Below, piece after piece: positions 37,401 to 47,400 of a stretch of DNA of 64,000 nt. Location of the stretch: assembly GCF_037042905.1 (NCBI RefSeq), contig NW_026974140.1, positions 14,012,001 to 14,076,000 on the forward strand. The letters are read 5' to 3'. Both the position numbers and the translations under genes were made by a program. The number at the start of each line of letters is the position of its first letter. The first letter of the stretch is position 1. This stretch comes from Lytechinus pictus (taxonomy: Eukaryota). The notes below the pieces were generated by a model. The model ran no database searches. It was not told the origin of the DNA and worked only from the letters and a program-made list of their open reading frames with translations.

Positions 37401-39347
37401 AGGTCACATGACTAAGATCAAAGAGCATTTAGGTTCAATGAACTTAGGTCATATTGGGGTTATTTGATGAATAGGCATAATAATTTAAACATTTTATGGA
37501 TCTAGTTCATAAAACTTGGACATAAGAGCAATCAATATCCCTGAACATCCTATGTGAGATTCAGGTCACATGACACATGTCATTTAGAGTCAGCGAACTT
37601 TGGTAATGTTGGGAGTATTTGTGAAATTGTCATAAATTTTAAAGTTAATGGATCTACATGTAGTTCATGAAACATAACATAAGGGTAAATCAAGTATGAA
37701 TTATTGTTTTGCACATATCTTAGGTCACATGTTCATGGTCAACGGTCATTTTGGGTCTATGGACATAGTATTTTATTGTCATATGAATGTTTTCTTTTGT
37801 GAAGGATTATTCAATGGCTGTTTTTGTCTCGCCTGCGTAGCGGAGCGAGACATAGGTATCACTATTTCCGGCGTCGTCGTCGTCAACAATTGTGTTGTAC
37901 ACCCAATAACTTTCTATAGCTTCGAGGTGGGATCACCAAATTCATACCAGAGGTCCATCTCCTGAAGGCACAGGTCAAGTTCGAATATTAGTCGAATGTG
38001 AATAAGGTCAAAGGTCAATGAACTTTCCATGACTGGCACTGTGCTGTGTTGTACACACAATAACTTTCTATATCTTCGAGTTGGGATCGCCAAATTCATA
38101 CCAGAGGTCCATCTCCTGAAGGCACAGGTCAGGTTCGAATATTAGTCGAATGTGAATAAGGTCAAAGGTCAATGAACTTTCCATGACTGGCACTGTGCTG
38201 TGTTGTACACACAATAACTTTCTATAGCTTCGAGTTGGGATCGCCAAATTCATACCAGAGGTCCATCTCCTGAAGGCACAGGTCAGGTTCGAATATTAGT
38301 CGAATGTGAATAAGGTCAAAGGTCAATGAACTTTCCATGACTGGCACTGTGCTGTGTTGTACACACAATAACTTTCTATAGCTTCGAGGTGAGATCGCCA
38401 TATTCATAACAGAGGTCCATCTCTTGAAGGTGCAGGTCAAGTTCAAATGTGAGTTGAATTTGATTAAGGTCAAAGGTCAATGAACTTTCCATGACTGGCA
38501 CTGTGCTGTGTTGTACACATAATAACTTTTTATATCTTCGAGGTAGGATTGCCAAATTCATACAAGAGGTCCATCTCTTGAAGGTGCAGGTCAAGTTCAA
38601 ATGTGAGTTGAATTTGATTAAGGTCAAAGGTCAATGAACTTTCCATGACTGGCACTGTGCTATTTTGTACACACAATAACTTTCTATAGCTTCGAGGTGG
38701 GATCGCCAAACTCGTAACAGAGGTCCATCTCTTGAAGGTGCAAGTCAGGTTCGAATGTGAGTTGAATTTGATTAAGGTCAAAGGTCAATGAACTTTCACA
38801 CTACTTTGTTCCTCTAGTGACATGAACTTTATAATTTGATACTTTTTAACACTAACATTTTACTTCAGAACTCAGTACTCTCTATACCTGAACCAGATTT
38901 TGTATTTTACTTGTTTATTCTTTAAAGACTGTTGTTATTTATTTAATGAGCTATAGTTCTTGGCACTATTTATAATATTCACACAAATTTGCCAATGGTA
39001 CAATAGAAAAGCTGTCAAAGTTTCTTAAATGTTACCCTTCAGATTTGACATGCAATCTCTTCATGACTGCAATATGCAGGCGAGACAACGCTTGGCGTTT
39101 GCCTTGTTAAAGTCAGCACTGCTGCTCTATCGATTCGCGTAATGCATGCAAGACTGCCAGAGACATTCCACTTGTTTGTCAACTCTTCTTGAAATGTGAA
39201 TATTAAAGTTGGGAACTCATTTCTGTCTCTTTTTTAATTTACAGATGTAAGGAGGAGATTTCTGATGAGCTGAGCAAGTTTGTTGATATCTTAGTGGAGG
39301 AATTACTTCAGCCTGAGGTGAACAAATTAATTCCCAAAGGCGATTGA
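6731..39347 (+). CDS. PGM2: Phosphoglucomutase-2 / phosphopentomutase, 16 coding exons, 602 aa: join(6731..6802,16882..16981,18873..18940,21229..21317,23645..23729,23969..24076,26089..26258,26654..26777,28162..28423,30018..30100,30468..30561,33519..33648,33975..34074,34723..34809,36062..36195,39245..39347)
   Basis: Manual splicing gives an open 1809-nt frame with GT-AG introns. Alpha-D-phosphohexomutase motifs: FGTAGLR, GYDAR, phosphoserine loop [16 protein letters not shown], metal loop DPDADR, sugar loop FEEAIG, phosphate loop [12 protein letters not shown] (not SHNR) and WLEWDK/PNPEEG/TGFKWMG point to the PGM2 subfamily. Confidence 0.96.
11064..11153 (-). mobile_element. Penelope-like GIY-YIG endonuclease C-terminal fragment
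   Basis: Minus-strand [28 protein letters not shown] matches the R-x-I-K-E-A-I-x-I...NRDxG pattern. Confidence 0.75.
11319..11711. mobile_element. Kolobok/T2-like MITE family C
   Basis: TTAA on both sides; termini AGAGAAATGCCAGT / ACTGGCATTTACCT. Confidence 0.85.
11720..12297. mobile_element. Kolobok/T2-like MITE family B
   Basis: Termini AGGGATGTTCCGGGCTGAAA / TTTCAGCCCGGACCATCCCT; long palindromic arms; copy at 51429. Confidence 0.9.
13735..13946. mobile_element. Harbinger-like MITE
   Basis: TIR GGGGGTGTTTCACAAAGATTTAAGTATGACTT; CTG TSD within an ACCTGGT target. Confidence 0.9.
14131..16390 (+). mobile_element. Helentron-associated (HINE/pearl-like) element with minisatellite core, interrupted by a P-like insertion
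   Basis: TTTTT-GTCTCACCTGC 5' subTIR, (GGC) microsatellite, tandem AGGTCAAAGGTCA core units, 3' GCAGGTGAGAC then CTTGTT in a T run; no TSD. Confidence 0.82.
14835..16111. mobile_element. Non-autonomous DNA transposon, probably P superfamily, 1277 bp
   Basis: Perfect 38-bp TIR CAGGGAAGTGTTATAGAAGGAAATGAAACTCGAAAAGT; 7-bp TSD GAGTAAT; removal restores the host repeat unit. Confidence 0.9.
16882..16981 (+). CDS. PGM2: PGM2 exon 2 (NMATRQEV...RIQFGTAG)
   Basis: ttttctttttcag acceptor, G|gtactg donor, FGTAG motif. Confidence 0.93.
18465..18660. repeat. (ACT)n imperfect microsatellite
   Basis: Direct reading; explains the Thr-rich pseudo-ORF. Confidence 0.9.
18661..18844. mobile_element. Right-end fragment of MITE family A
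   Basis: Matches 4585..4745 and ends GGTGGACTTGAC. Confidence 0.75.
18873..18940 (+). CDS. PGM2: PGM2 exon 3 ([23 protein letters not shown])
   Basis: ctttag acceptor, CAG|gtatta donor, phase 1 to 0. Confidence 0.94.
19230..20091. mobile_element. Tc1/mariner-like MITE
   Basis: TA TSD; TIR CTGTA(G/C)AAGCTGTTATTTTCGCG; TTCGCG-rich subtermini. Confidence 0.88.
21229..21317 (+). CDS. PGM2: PGM2 exon 4 (GLLRYLES...[13 protein letters not shown])
   Basis: ttttttctag acceptor, AG|gtatga donor, GYDAR motif. Confidence 0.94.
23645..23729 (+). CDS. PGM2: PGM2 exon 5 ([28 protein letters not shown])
   Basis: tttttcag acceptor, gtatgt donor, PTP motif. Confidence 0.94.
23969..24076 (+). CDS. PGM2: PGM2 exon 6, catalytic serine loop ([36 protein letters not shown])
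   Basis: tattttag acceptor, CAG|gtacaa donor, SHNP motif. Confidence 0.95.
24248..25655. mobile_element. Academ-like non-autonomous element
   Basis: TAGTCCAGG / CCTGGACTA termini; 3-bp TSD AGG; long imperfect subterminal inverted repeats; internal AAAATGGCTGCC repeats. Confidence 0.82.
26089..26258 (+). CDS. PGM2: PGM2 exon 7 ([20 protein letters not shown]...KCLHR)
   Basis: acctag acceptor, AG|gtaaaa donor, frame continuous. Confidence 0.93.
26654..26777 (+). CDS. PGM2: PGM2 exon 8 ([19 protein letters not shown]...VKEQ)
   Basis: ttctattcag acceptor, CAG|gtgagc donor, MHGVG motif. Confidence 0.94.
27059..27650 (+). mobile_element. HINE/DINE-1-like element
   Basis: TTATACGCCCGTC..GACGGG 5' hairpin, (GTCY)n microsatellite, three ~118-bp core repeats. 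Confidence 0.78.
28162..28423 (+). CDS. PGM2: PGM2 exon 9 ([18 protein letters not shown]...[13 protein letters not shown]...[11 protein letters not shown])
   Basis: Metal-binding DPDADR loop; cccatag acceptor, G|gtagga donor. Confidence 0.95.
28800..29650 (-). mobile_element. LINE 5' end / ORF1 remnant (L1-type ORF1p)
   Basis: Minus strand gives a coiled-coil-like stretch, then [19 protein letters not shown] (cf. E-x-RSRRNNxRIxGIPE); degraded. Confidence 0.65.
30018..30100 (+). CDS. PGM2: PGM2 exon 10 ([28 protein letters not shown])
   Basis: tccacag acceptor, gtaagg donor, STVSS motif. Confidence 0.94.
30468..30561 (+). CDS. PGM2: PGM2 exon 11 ([11 protein letters not shown]...FAFEEAIG)
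   Basis: atttcag acceptor, G|gtaagg donor, sugar-binding FEEAIG. Confidence 0.95.
30783..32780. mobile_element. Kolobok-like 2-kb element containing a giant internal inverted repeat
   Basis: TTAA TSD; termini AGTAGAACTATATTGA / TCAATATATTTCTCCT; arms 30972..31720 and 31837..32592. Confidence 0.85.
31734..31768. mobile_element. 35-bp TIR micro-element
   Basis: CATAGAGTTGGA-11 nt-TCCAACTCTATG flanked by 8-bp direct repeat GGCGAGCA. Confidence 0.8.
32805..33407. mobile_element. Kolobok/T2-like MITE family A (opposite orientation to 4157)
   Basis: TTAA TSD; AGGTCAAGTCCACCCC / GGTGGACTTGTCCT. Confidence 0.92.
33519..33648 (+). CDS. PGM2: PGM2 exon 12 ([15 protein letters not shown]...EEIYAK)
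   Basis: catccag acceptor, AA|gtaagc donor, DKDG motif. Confidence 0.94.
33975..34074 (+). CDS. PGM2: PGM2 exon 13 ([16 protein letters not shown]...LHQGS)
   Basis: ctctctcag acceptor, gtaagg donor. Confidence 0.93.
34723..34809 (+). CDS. PGM2: PGM2 exon 14 ([29 protein letters not shown])
   Basis: ctcttccag acceptor, gtaagt donor, RDLTTGYDS motif. Confidence 0.94.
35365..35916. mobile_element. hAT-like MITE
   Basis: TAGTGCT / AGCACTA termini; perfect 8-bp TSD TAAAAATG; TATCG-rich subtermini. Confidence 0.85.
36062..36195 (+). CDS. PGM2: PGM2 exon 15 ([15 protein letters not shown]...[13 protein letters not shown])
   Basis: ctttatag acceptor, AG|gtaagt donor, RTSGTEPK phosphate loop. Confidence 0.95.
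37821..39108 (+). mobile_element. Nested HINE-like element with 154-bp tandem core
   Basis: TTTTTGTCTCGCCTGC ... GCAGGCGAGAC, hairpin, CTTGTT; inserted in a T run of the host with no TSD. Confidence 0.82.
37891..38797. repeat. 154-bp tandem array, ~5.9 units
   Basis: Exact 154-bp period, also visible in the repeated ORFs at 37914/38068/38222/38376/38530. Confidence 0.95.
39245..39347 (+). CDS. PGM2: PGM2 last coding exon ([33 protein letters not shown])
   Basis: tttacag acceptor, phase 2 fits exon 15, LQPExNxL C-terminal pattern, TGA stop. Confidence 0.92.
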
Positions 39348-40320
39348 GGGCACCATATCCTTATCACACATCATGATGAAAATAGCCACCAGCGGCTACC
39401 AACCATTTAATTGCAGAGGCATCATCAAATGTATTCAAGTAACCCTATGGGGAATTAATCATCGGTATTGTTGATATCTTAAAGGGGTCATTCTAGAAAA
39501 AATGAAATATCACAATTCATGAAAATCCTGTCTGAACCATCTTTTGGCCTACAGCCCCACACTTATTTAGAAAAAAAGCTGCTCACAAAACACACATACA
39601 CACATTGCATATTTTCAGTTACCAGCAGAGTTCTCCACAATTCAAATTCAAAACACATTACAGATAAAAGCATTACATTTTTTGTAATGGATTTGAACAA
39701 ACTGGATTGCACATTGACGCCAAAGCAACACCAGCCACCAAGCACACATGCAATGCATTGGCCATCCATCCATGTTATTGCTCAGACAAAATGTCACAGA
39801 AACCATGCAAGGTTCCAAGGCTACTGGCCAAAAGATGGTGGGACAGTAAATAGTGATGTTTTCATGATGAGAATGACCCTTTCAAGCTTTTATCTGTTCT
39901 AGAAGGAGTGGATGGCCCGAAAGAATAGTGCTTGAAAATACATTGGGGTCATTGGATGATTATGACAGAAATAACGAAAATGGATATGTGAATGATTATA
40001 TTTGTGCCTCAGCAAAGCTGAATAGTATAATATATTATCTGAAATAAAGTTGATGGTTGAATTATAAATGATATATGCTGATAAATTATGTAAAGGATGG
40101 TATATGTTTATTGCATACAATTTTGTAGCACCATCTATTCCGATGGGACTTCTATTTTAGTTTTGCAAAAGGTATATAGCAAGGTTTGTTGTAATGAATG
40201 CACTTGCAAAAGATCAAGTATATTCGACTTCCAATATTTTTGCAGCGTTTAAACAGAATCATCAAGCTGCTTTATTTCCTGGCAAATATTTATTTGCAAA
40301 AAAGCATAACTAAAAAGAAG

Positions 40321-40366
<46 letters not shown>

Positions 40367-40450
40367 GGAAAGGATCAAGTTTGTTTTTAAGATTTATTTC
40401 ACTGTGAGGAGTATTTTGTTTGAATGACAAAGGAAGTAGTATTGATATTT

Positions 40451-40613
40451 ATATAATATTGACTTGAGGGGAACATCAAATATGTCGCCTGCAACATAAT
40501 CATATTGGCCTGAGTCTTTAGACGAGGGCAATGTGGATTATTTGAGGGCAATGTGGATTATTTAAGGGCAGCATATTTGATGTTTCCCGAATGAACAGCC
40601 AGTCAATATTATA
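40451..40613. repeat. Foldback repeat downstream of the PGM2 stop
   Basis: ATAATATTGACT..GGGAACATCAAATATG / CATATTTGATGTTTCCC..AGTCAATATTAT; internal 20-bp duplication. Confidence 0.7.
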
Positions 40614-41299
40614 ATTATTACCTATAAGGCTGTACAGTGTGTTATTGAAGCTATTATTTTGAACAATTTATATGCCTGTTTGCTTATCACTACTTCTGCT
40701 TTCTGGTTATTCACGAACCTAGCGAAGTAACCCTTAATAAGCAATTGTGACGTAAATTGTTACCTTGCAGTCGCGCTTTATGCATGGCGCGCACATTCAC
40801 TTAACGAGTAGAAGTCTTGCGCTTGGTTTTGTGTATGGATTGGCCGTGCTGCACATTATCTACAATGCGTTGGTTCATAAACTGGTTCCAGCCAGTCTTC
40901 TCAAATACTGAAATTCGTGATCAGAATCGGCTCCTACTGTGCAAGCGCACGCAAGCCGAAATATGGTCAATATTGTTCTCTGTTTTGTTAAAGATTTCTA
41001 TAGGCAAAGCCCAGGGAGGGCAACATGGCAAATGTTTACCTCGTTGGTCTTGGATTGAAAGTAGCGAGCAAAATATGACTTTTATTTATCTGCTAAAATG
41101 CCTGGTATAGGTAATAATATACGATTAAGTGTCCCCAAGAATTATTGAGACACTATACATTCACATCTCTGTAAAAGGAGATGTGAAGTTTGCTGGAAAG
41201 TGGAAACACGAAAATCGTAACCTGGCTATCATAAAAGAGCTAATGAATTGTATATCTTATGAAAGAAACAAGAATAGCCTTTGTATTTTACTTAGTCAT

Positions 41300-42030
41300 G
41301 TCTCCACCCACTATAGGTGGTATCAGTGGCAATATGATTCCGGGTTGTTCGTCCGTCCCCCCCCCCCCCCCCCCCCCCGTTTTTTTTAAAATGATAACTC
41401 AAGAATCCATTTGACGGAATGACTTCAAACTTAGATCTTGTATGTATATGGGAATGACAATGATTTGATTAGTTTTGGGGGTTTTAGGGTCAAAAGTTGA
41501 AGGTCACAAAGGTCATTGTATACCTCAGATGCCTTGTTCTTGCGATAAGAATGTATTCTTTTGTTGGCATATGTTGGCCCTGATAAGGACAACCCAAACT
41601 CAATGTACCATGAAACTACTATACTCTTATTCTTCGCCTTGAAATCCTTCAGAAACTACAAGCTCTTGACATATTATCTTCAAACTGGGGTGATGAATGC
41701 ATATTGTAGTGATGATTTTCTGACAAGTTTTTCAGGCTACAAGGTCAGAGGATCAAGGTTACAGAGATGGCTTGTACTTGTGGTAGCTCATTAAACATTT
41801 GAGGTATCTACTTCAAAATTGGAAGATGTTTGCTTACTGGAGTGACAATGATCTGATTAGTTTATGGGAACAGAGATCAAAGGTCAAATGTCACAGTGGT
41901 CATTCATCTTAAAATCTATCTTATTTGTTATAAAACAAGAACTTTTTGAAAGATTGACTTCAAACGTGATTTATGTATGCAAGCATATATGAATGACAAC
42001 GATCTTTAGTTTTGGGGAATGGGCATGTTG
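41300..42030 (+). mobile_element. Degenerate HINE-like element
   Basis: GTCC microsatellite/poly-C, then diverged core units with AAAGGTCA motifs. Confidence 0.5.
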
Positions 42031-43640
42031 TTATTTAATCTCTAGATTAGCAATGTCTAAATTAATTTGATAGCTTTCACATTATTATAATAAAATATGC
42101 AATATTATAGTTCAGATCTGGCAATGGCTGAGGGATAAATTTTTTACTGTATGCAGTCGAGAATCTATGTAGTTGCAAATTGTAAAGAGTCATGCATGAA
42201 TGATTATGAATTATTAAATGCGATGTTATACTTTCAAACCTTGCTGTGATCATTGAAGCATAATTTGCAATGCTACAATGATTAATAATTATTTCTTTTT
42301 CAGAGATATTAGAAATTCCTAGTTATTTCATTTGGAATACTTCATTTCAAAAATATTTTTGGACAAATTAATGTCTGTTGCCTCTTAAAATTTGGTACAG
42401 GGGTTGCAATTCGATTCAGATTTATTCCTGGTAAAGTGAATAAACCGATGGAAAGTTTAGCATCAAATGGAAAGATATTATCTCATCTCTTTGTGAATTT
42501 TTAAAGTTTCTTTTTTATATTATTATTGTTTATATTCATCATTATTTTCCTCTTTGTTTGTATGTGTTAAGATATGATATGAATCCTACTGTCTTATTTA
42601 AATGTTTATTTTTTTGTAATTGTGAACATGTTTGTTTTTGTTTATTGCTTCAAGACATCTGTCAACAAGGTTGATCCAGACAATAAGTGGTGTATCTAGA
42701 TACTCTCAACGTTGAAACAGGGCTGGTTAAATGACATATTATCATTGGATGATTATTTTAGGAAGCAGGCATAAGGGTCAATTACCTGCCCTATATCTGT
42801 CCAAGTAGCACTGTGAAAAAAGCATAATCTATATGTTATCAATACTGCATGAATTAATGCTTAATATCCACCTCATTTCATGTGGCATTATGAATACATG
42901 GCAGGAAAAAAAAAAATTTGATATAGAAGATATTATGATCAGATAGGTAACATGATACTGATCAAATTCATGAAAAAAAATGAATTGAGAAGTAACAATG
43001 CAGCTGTTCATTTCATTGTTTTTATGGTCATTTGAAGCTTCATTAAGAGTCGTTAAGAGATTAATTATTTTCATAATACATATAATATATAGACTGCTTT
43101 TGTAGAGAGTGAAACATATAACTTGAATTGTTTTTACATTGCTTTGATGCTCGCTGTATATTACTGGAATGTTATTCTACTTTTACAAGATTTGGTAGTT
43201 GAGATGTTTATCTTTAACTATATGATCTGAAAAAAGTTAAAGAAATGTTTCATCTATGTACCTGTGTAATTTTGAATTATCACAAATTTTGCTGCTTTAA
43301 GTTCTGTAGTGCTGCAAAATGTCTCTTTTTTTTCAGGTTGACTGGTTGAGTAAATTTCTCTTTTTATATCTGTGAATATGTTTGGCATCCTTAGATTTAA
43401 TGAGATTGAAATCAGTGAATATCGGGATAAACATATTTCTAGGGAGTTTGACAGCCCATATTCTAAACTATGATATACACGTCGGTGGATTTGGGATAAA
43501 CATACTCTATGGGAATTTAACGACTTAGTATATGCTAAACTCTGATAGCATCATTTAATTGTTAATTATGATTATTGATGTTAATGTGACACATATCTCA
43601 CATAGACATTTTACAGGTTTTTGTGCTTGGTAACTGATGA

Positions 43641-43962
43641 TGCTTTCACATAAAGGTAAGGTCGCAATGACCATACCCAGCGACCGATCAAATCATGATG
43701 TGAAAGCATTTTATTGTACTCAGTGACTGATTGTTTTGGTAAAAAATGATCGGTCGCTGAGTATGATCGGAAAGGTACTACAGCGACCGATCGAAATGCC
43801 CTTTTCATCCTTTGTGACGTTAATGTGCATCGCGTAAAGTATGCGCAGATAATGATGTGCACAAACCTAAAGCGACCGATTACTCTAGGCCTATCCAAAT
43901 TTTGACGGTGGTGTGAAAGCACATCCGATCGGTCGCTGCGACTGTACCTTGATGTGAAAGCA
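43641..43962. mobile_element. MITE with TGCTTTCACAT TIRs
   Basis: TGCTTTCACATAAAGGTA / TACCTTGATGTGAAAGCA; internal AGCGACCGATC repeats in both orientations. Confidence 0.75.
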
Positions 43963-45063
43963 GTATACCTAAAGATAATGACTAAATGAACATTGGTCTC
44001 TTGACTGTAAGAAAATAATCAAAATCTAACAAACAAAATAGAGAGAAAACAACAAGATTTTATATTTAGCTAAGCATACATTTGATAGAATAGTGGAGTA
44101 AGATAAAGCACAGTTTTATATCCTTGCTTATCTTTAGATCACTCTTAATTTAGAAGTTATCTTATTCAGGGGGTGTTGTAAGACATTTCCAAATAATTTC
44201 TAACATTGATTTCAAATTTGCAATTCATAAAGTTTATTCTTCCTTTGCAAGATGTAGCTTACAATTAATTGCAGATTTGAAATTTTTTTTTTTTTAATAG
44301 GATTATACAGTGACCTGCTATTGACTTATTAATTGATCTCATGTTCTTGCAATACCCCCATACCATTTTAATATACTTGATATTCTTTTCAGAAATAAAA
44401 GATATTGGTGCTTTATGGAATATAGTCCTATTAGTTACCATCAGTCCGTTACAGTTTGTTCCTGTTGTTTATGAAATACTTTCTGTGTACATATGTTGTA
44501 CAAATATTTTTGACTTTCATGTATTTAAATTTGCTCTATGTTTGGTAGTAACGAATCATTGTACATTTGTGTTTGAAAATATATAAGTGGTGCATGGATG
44601 TTATATTAAATTGTTGACCAGTCCGTACTATTGAACCATCGACTTATTATACCAACAAAAAAATTAAACTATAATGATAAGACAAAAGACAAGTTTTATC
44701 TATATTCCCGCACTCAAAACCAAAGATAGTTTATTTCACATTTATTTTAATCTAATGTTTTATAATGTTGATGGATCCTTTGATTATTTTTTTTATGTGT
44801 GTACTGTTTAAGCTTAGGCACTATTCCTAAACCCTGTGATGTGTCTTTTCACAGGAACCACGATTCACTGCCTGTTTGCAAAAGATCCCAGCATTCCCTC
44901 TTATCTTTTTTTTTATTCTTCCATCTCGTATCATCGTGTGCTCATATAGGATAGATGTAAACAGATGCTCAGTGGGATTTCATCTGAAATATGCAGCTCT
45001 GATTTTGTTATGGTGCCTTTGATTATAAAAAAAATTCCATGGTTTAAATTAAGTCTTGTCATG

Positions 45064-45194
45064 AATGGTTACATTGCATAATGTAAGATCCAAATGTTAT
45101 ATTTGTTGCCATCGAGTAGACCATTAATGGTTACATGGCATAATGTAAGATCCAAATGTTAGATTTGTTGCCATCGAGTAGACCATTAATGGTT
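45064..45194. repeat. 62-bp tandem duplication
   Basis: Two units with 2 mismatches; AATGGTT at the junctions. Confidence 0.9.
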
Positions 45195-47130
45195 TTATTT
45201 AAGATGAAATAAATATAATGCACAATGCAGATACAGAAAATTATTTATTTTTTTCATTAGAAAAGTAGACTGTAAAAAGATAAACTTAAATATATTTATT
45301 TTCATTCAATGCGTCCTTTCAAAAAGATAAGAAAATGTAACTAGAAACAGCTTTGCTCTTGGTTTTTTTTATATTCCTCTTTGAATTCATATTATTTAGG
45401 GGTAAAGTAGGGCATTGTTAGTATTCATAATTATATATGTACCTCAGGTCAAATTAGGTTTTGTTTTGTTTCTCGACATAGCAATTTGATTGCTCTTTTT
45501 AGTGCCACAAAATTTACTTGTTTGTGTGTGTACAGGCACCTTTAAAGGTTATCAGATTATAATCTGAATGTTTCAAAATAAAGTCATATAACACCAAAAT
45601 TTGTGGCATTTGAAGTATACGTCATTTTATTTGTGTACATTCATATACTGTATATACAGTATTAATCTTAATTTGTTACATGTTTATCAATTTATTAGTT
45701 TATCTGTTTGTTTTTCTTATTTCTTTTTATTTCTCATTTTATTTATTCATTCATTTTACTGAACATTCATTCACTTTTTTCATTAATATATTATTTTATT
45801 TATCTGTATGAGTAGCCTCAGAAATTCATTAAGTGAAATTTGAAAGTAAAAAGTCTGCTAGCGGCTCTGTCAAACAATTTTGCGCTGCTGATTTATGGCG
45901 AAAAAATGTTGAGGGGGCATAATGGCCTTTGGGACTGAAAGGGTTCAATATTTGTATGATATGATTTGATGATTTTTGTACTGAAAAAAATAAGCAGACT
46001 GGTTATAGGCCTATTGGATGTGCTTCTCAGCCAATCAATAAAAAGGTGTTCACTGAAATTAATAAGTGCTGATTGCTGACAACTTTCAAGAAACGCCCCC
46101 AGAATCTTATTGTCTTCTGGTATTTACAGATAGGGGCAGCGGAACAGTTTTGATAGTGGGGGGCTGACCATGCAAAAAAAATCAAAGATGATAATTTTTA
46201 CGATTTTGGACACGGCTCCCCCCCCCTTGTTTTGTGGCCCTTGAGACACCTTGAAACTATTAAACCAATGGATCATCTGTTTTGATTTTATTTCAGAAAA
46301 TTAATCCCGATAGATAACCAATATTGATATACTTTGAGATTGAAGACTCTCACCTCTAGTACTAGTAGATCATTAAAAATGGAGTGGTTGTAAAGGAGAA
46401 TTATAAAGGCACTTCAAAATATAGGCTCTTATACACGCACATGTTACCTTCTTAGCATTTTGACAAAATTTAATATTTAAGGCTTCCTACAATAAATAAG
46501 CAGGATATTAAAGGATACAGGTTTCCCAGTGAAAAGAATAGAACTAAATTCGTCGTTCTAAGATTAAACAATTAGTAATGAAATCGGGGACAAGCAGTGA
46601 ATTATTAAGACAATAAGGAAGGAAAATAAGCGTAATTGAAAGTGAATTGACCTTTCTAAACCGAAGTCTGTTTTCCCCGGACGTTTTAGTGTCATTTCCC
46701 AGGTTCCTGAACAGGTTGTTTTTCTTGGAATTTTAACTGAATGTTGTACATGAACACATATTGGCATCGAAATGGTGATTATTATCATCTGTCGTGATGT
46801 ATGAAGAGGAAAGGAAATGATCTGGCCACCAATTAGCATGCTGGGGATGTGGGGGGGGGGGGCAGGGGCGAGTGCAGGTACAGAAATCATAATGATGGAC
46901 AAAAGTGATTACGATGTTCAAATCTACCACCACCTATTTCCAATAGCACTATCACCACCGCAGGGGTGGGGACTTCGACCACAGGTGTTGTACTTATCAC
47001 CTGTCATTGTATCTACTTTAATAAATCATGTAAAACGTCTCCATGTGTACCTTCATTAGAGCCTGGATCAACGCCAATGCTCTGCTCGATCACGTGCCAA
47101 CCAATTTACTCTCCAGAACAATTTATACTT

Positions 47131-47400
47131 TTCAATTCAATTCAATTCAATTCAATTCAAGGTTTATTAAAAACGTGAGTCGCAGCCAAATGGCTGAATT
47201 GGTCATGTATACAAAGTTAAAACAATTAAAAGACTCATTACATATTTCAAACATTAAAAAGCAGTACACCTTTGTAAAAACTGACATGAGAAATATGTGT
47301 ATAGGCAAGAATACTTAGGCAATGAAAATTTACATACATGTACATAAGATAATGAGGAAAAGGTAAATTAAGAATAATAAAAACAAAATAAGTAAGCTGT
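47131..47400 (-). mobile_element. LINE 3' tail with (TTGAA)n
   Basis: Minus strand: hairpin CAGCCATTTGGCTG, AATAAA, then (TTGAA) repeats; inner boundary uncertain. Confidence 0.6.

Larger units (their letters stand above)
36864..39176 (+). mobile_element. HINE/pearl-like element (same family as 14131) hosting a nested relative
   Basis: Same 5' subTIR and GGC microsatellite, same core units, same 3' end CATTCCACTTGTT. Confidence 0.82.

Noticed and set aside
37891-38797. Regular array with repeated ORFs, superficially CRISPR-like or a repeat protein
   Set aside because: No unique spacers, eukaryotic intron context, and it lies within HINE ends; the ORFs simply follow the 154-bp period.
40043-45583. 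Choice of PGM2 polyadenylation signal
   Set aside because: Several AATAAA hexamers in AT-rich DNA; none can be singled out from sequence alone.
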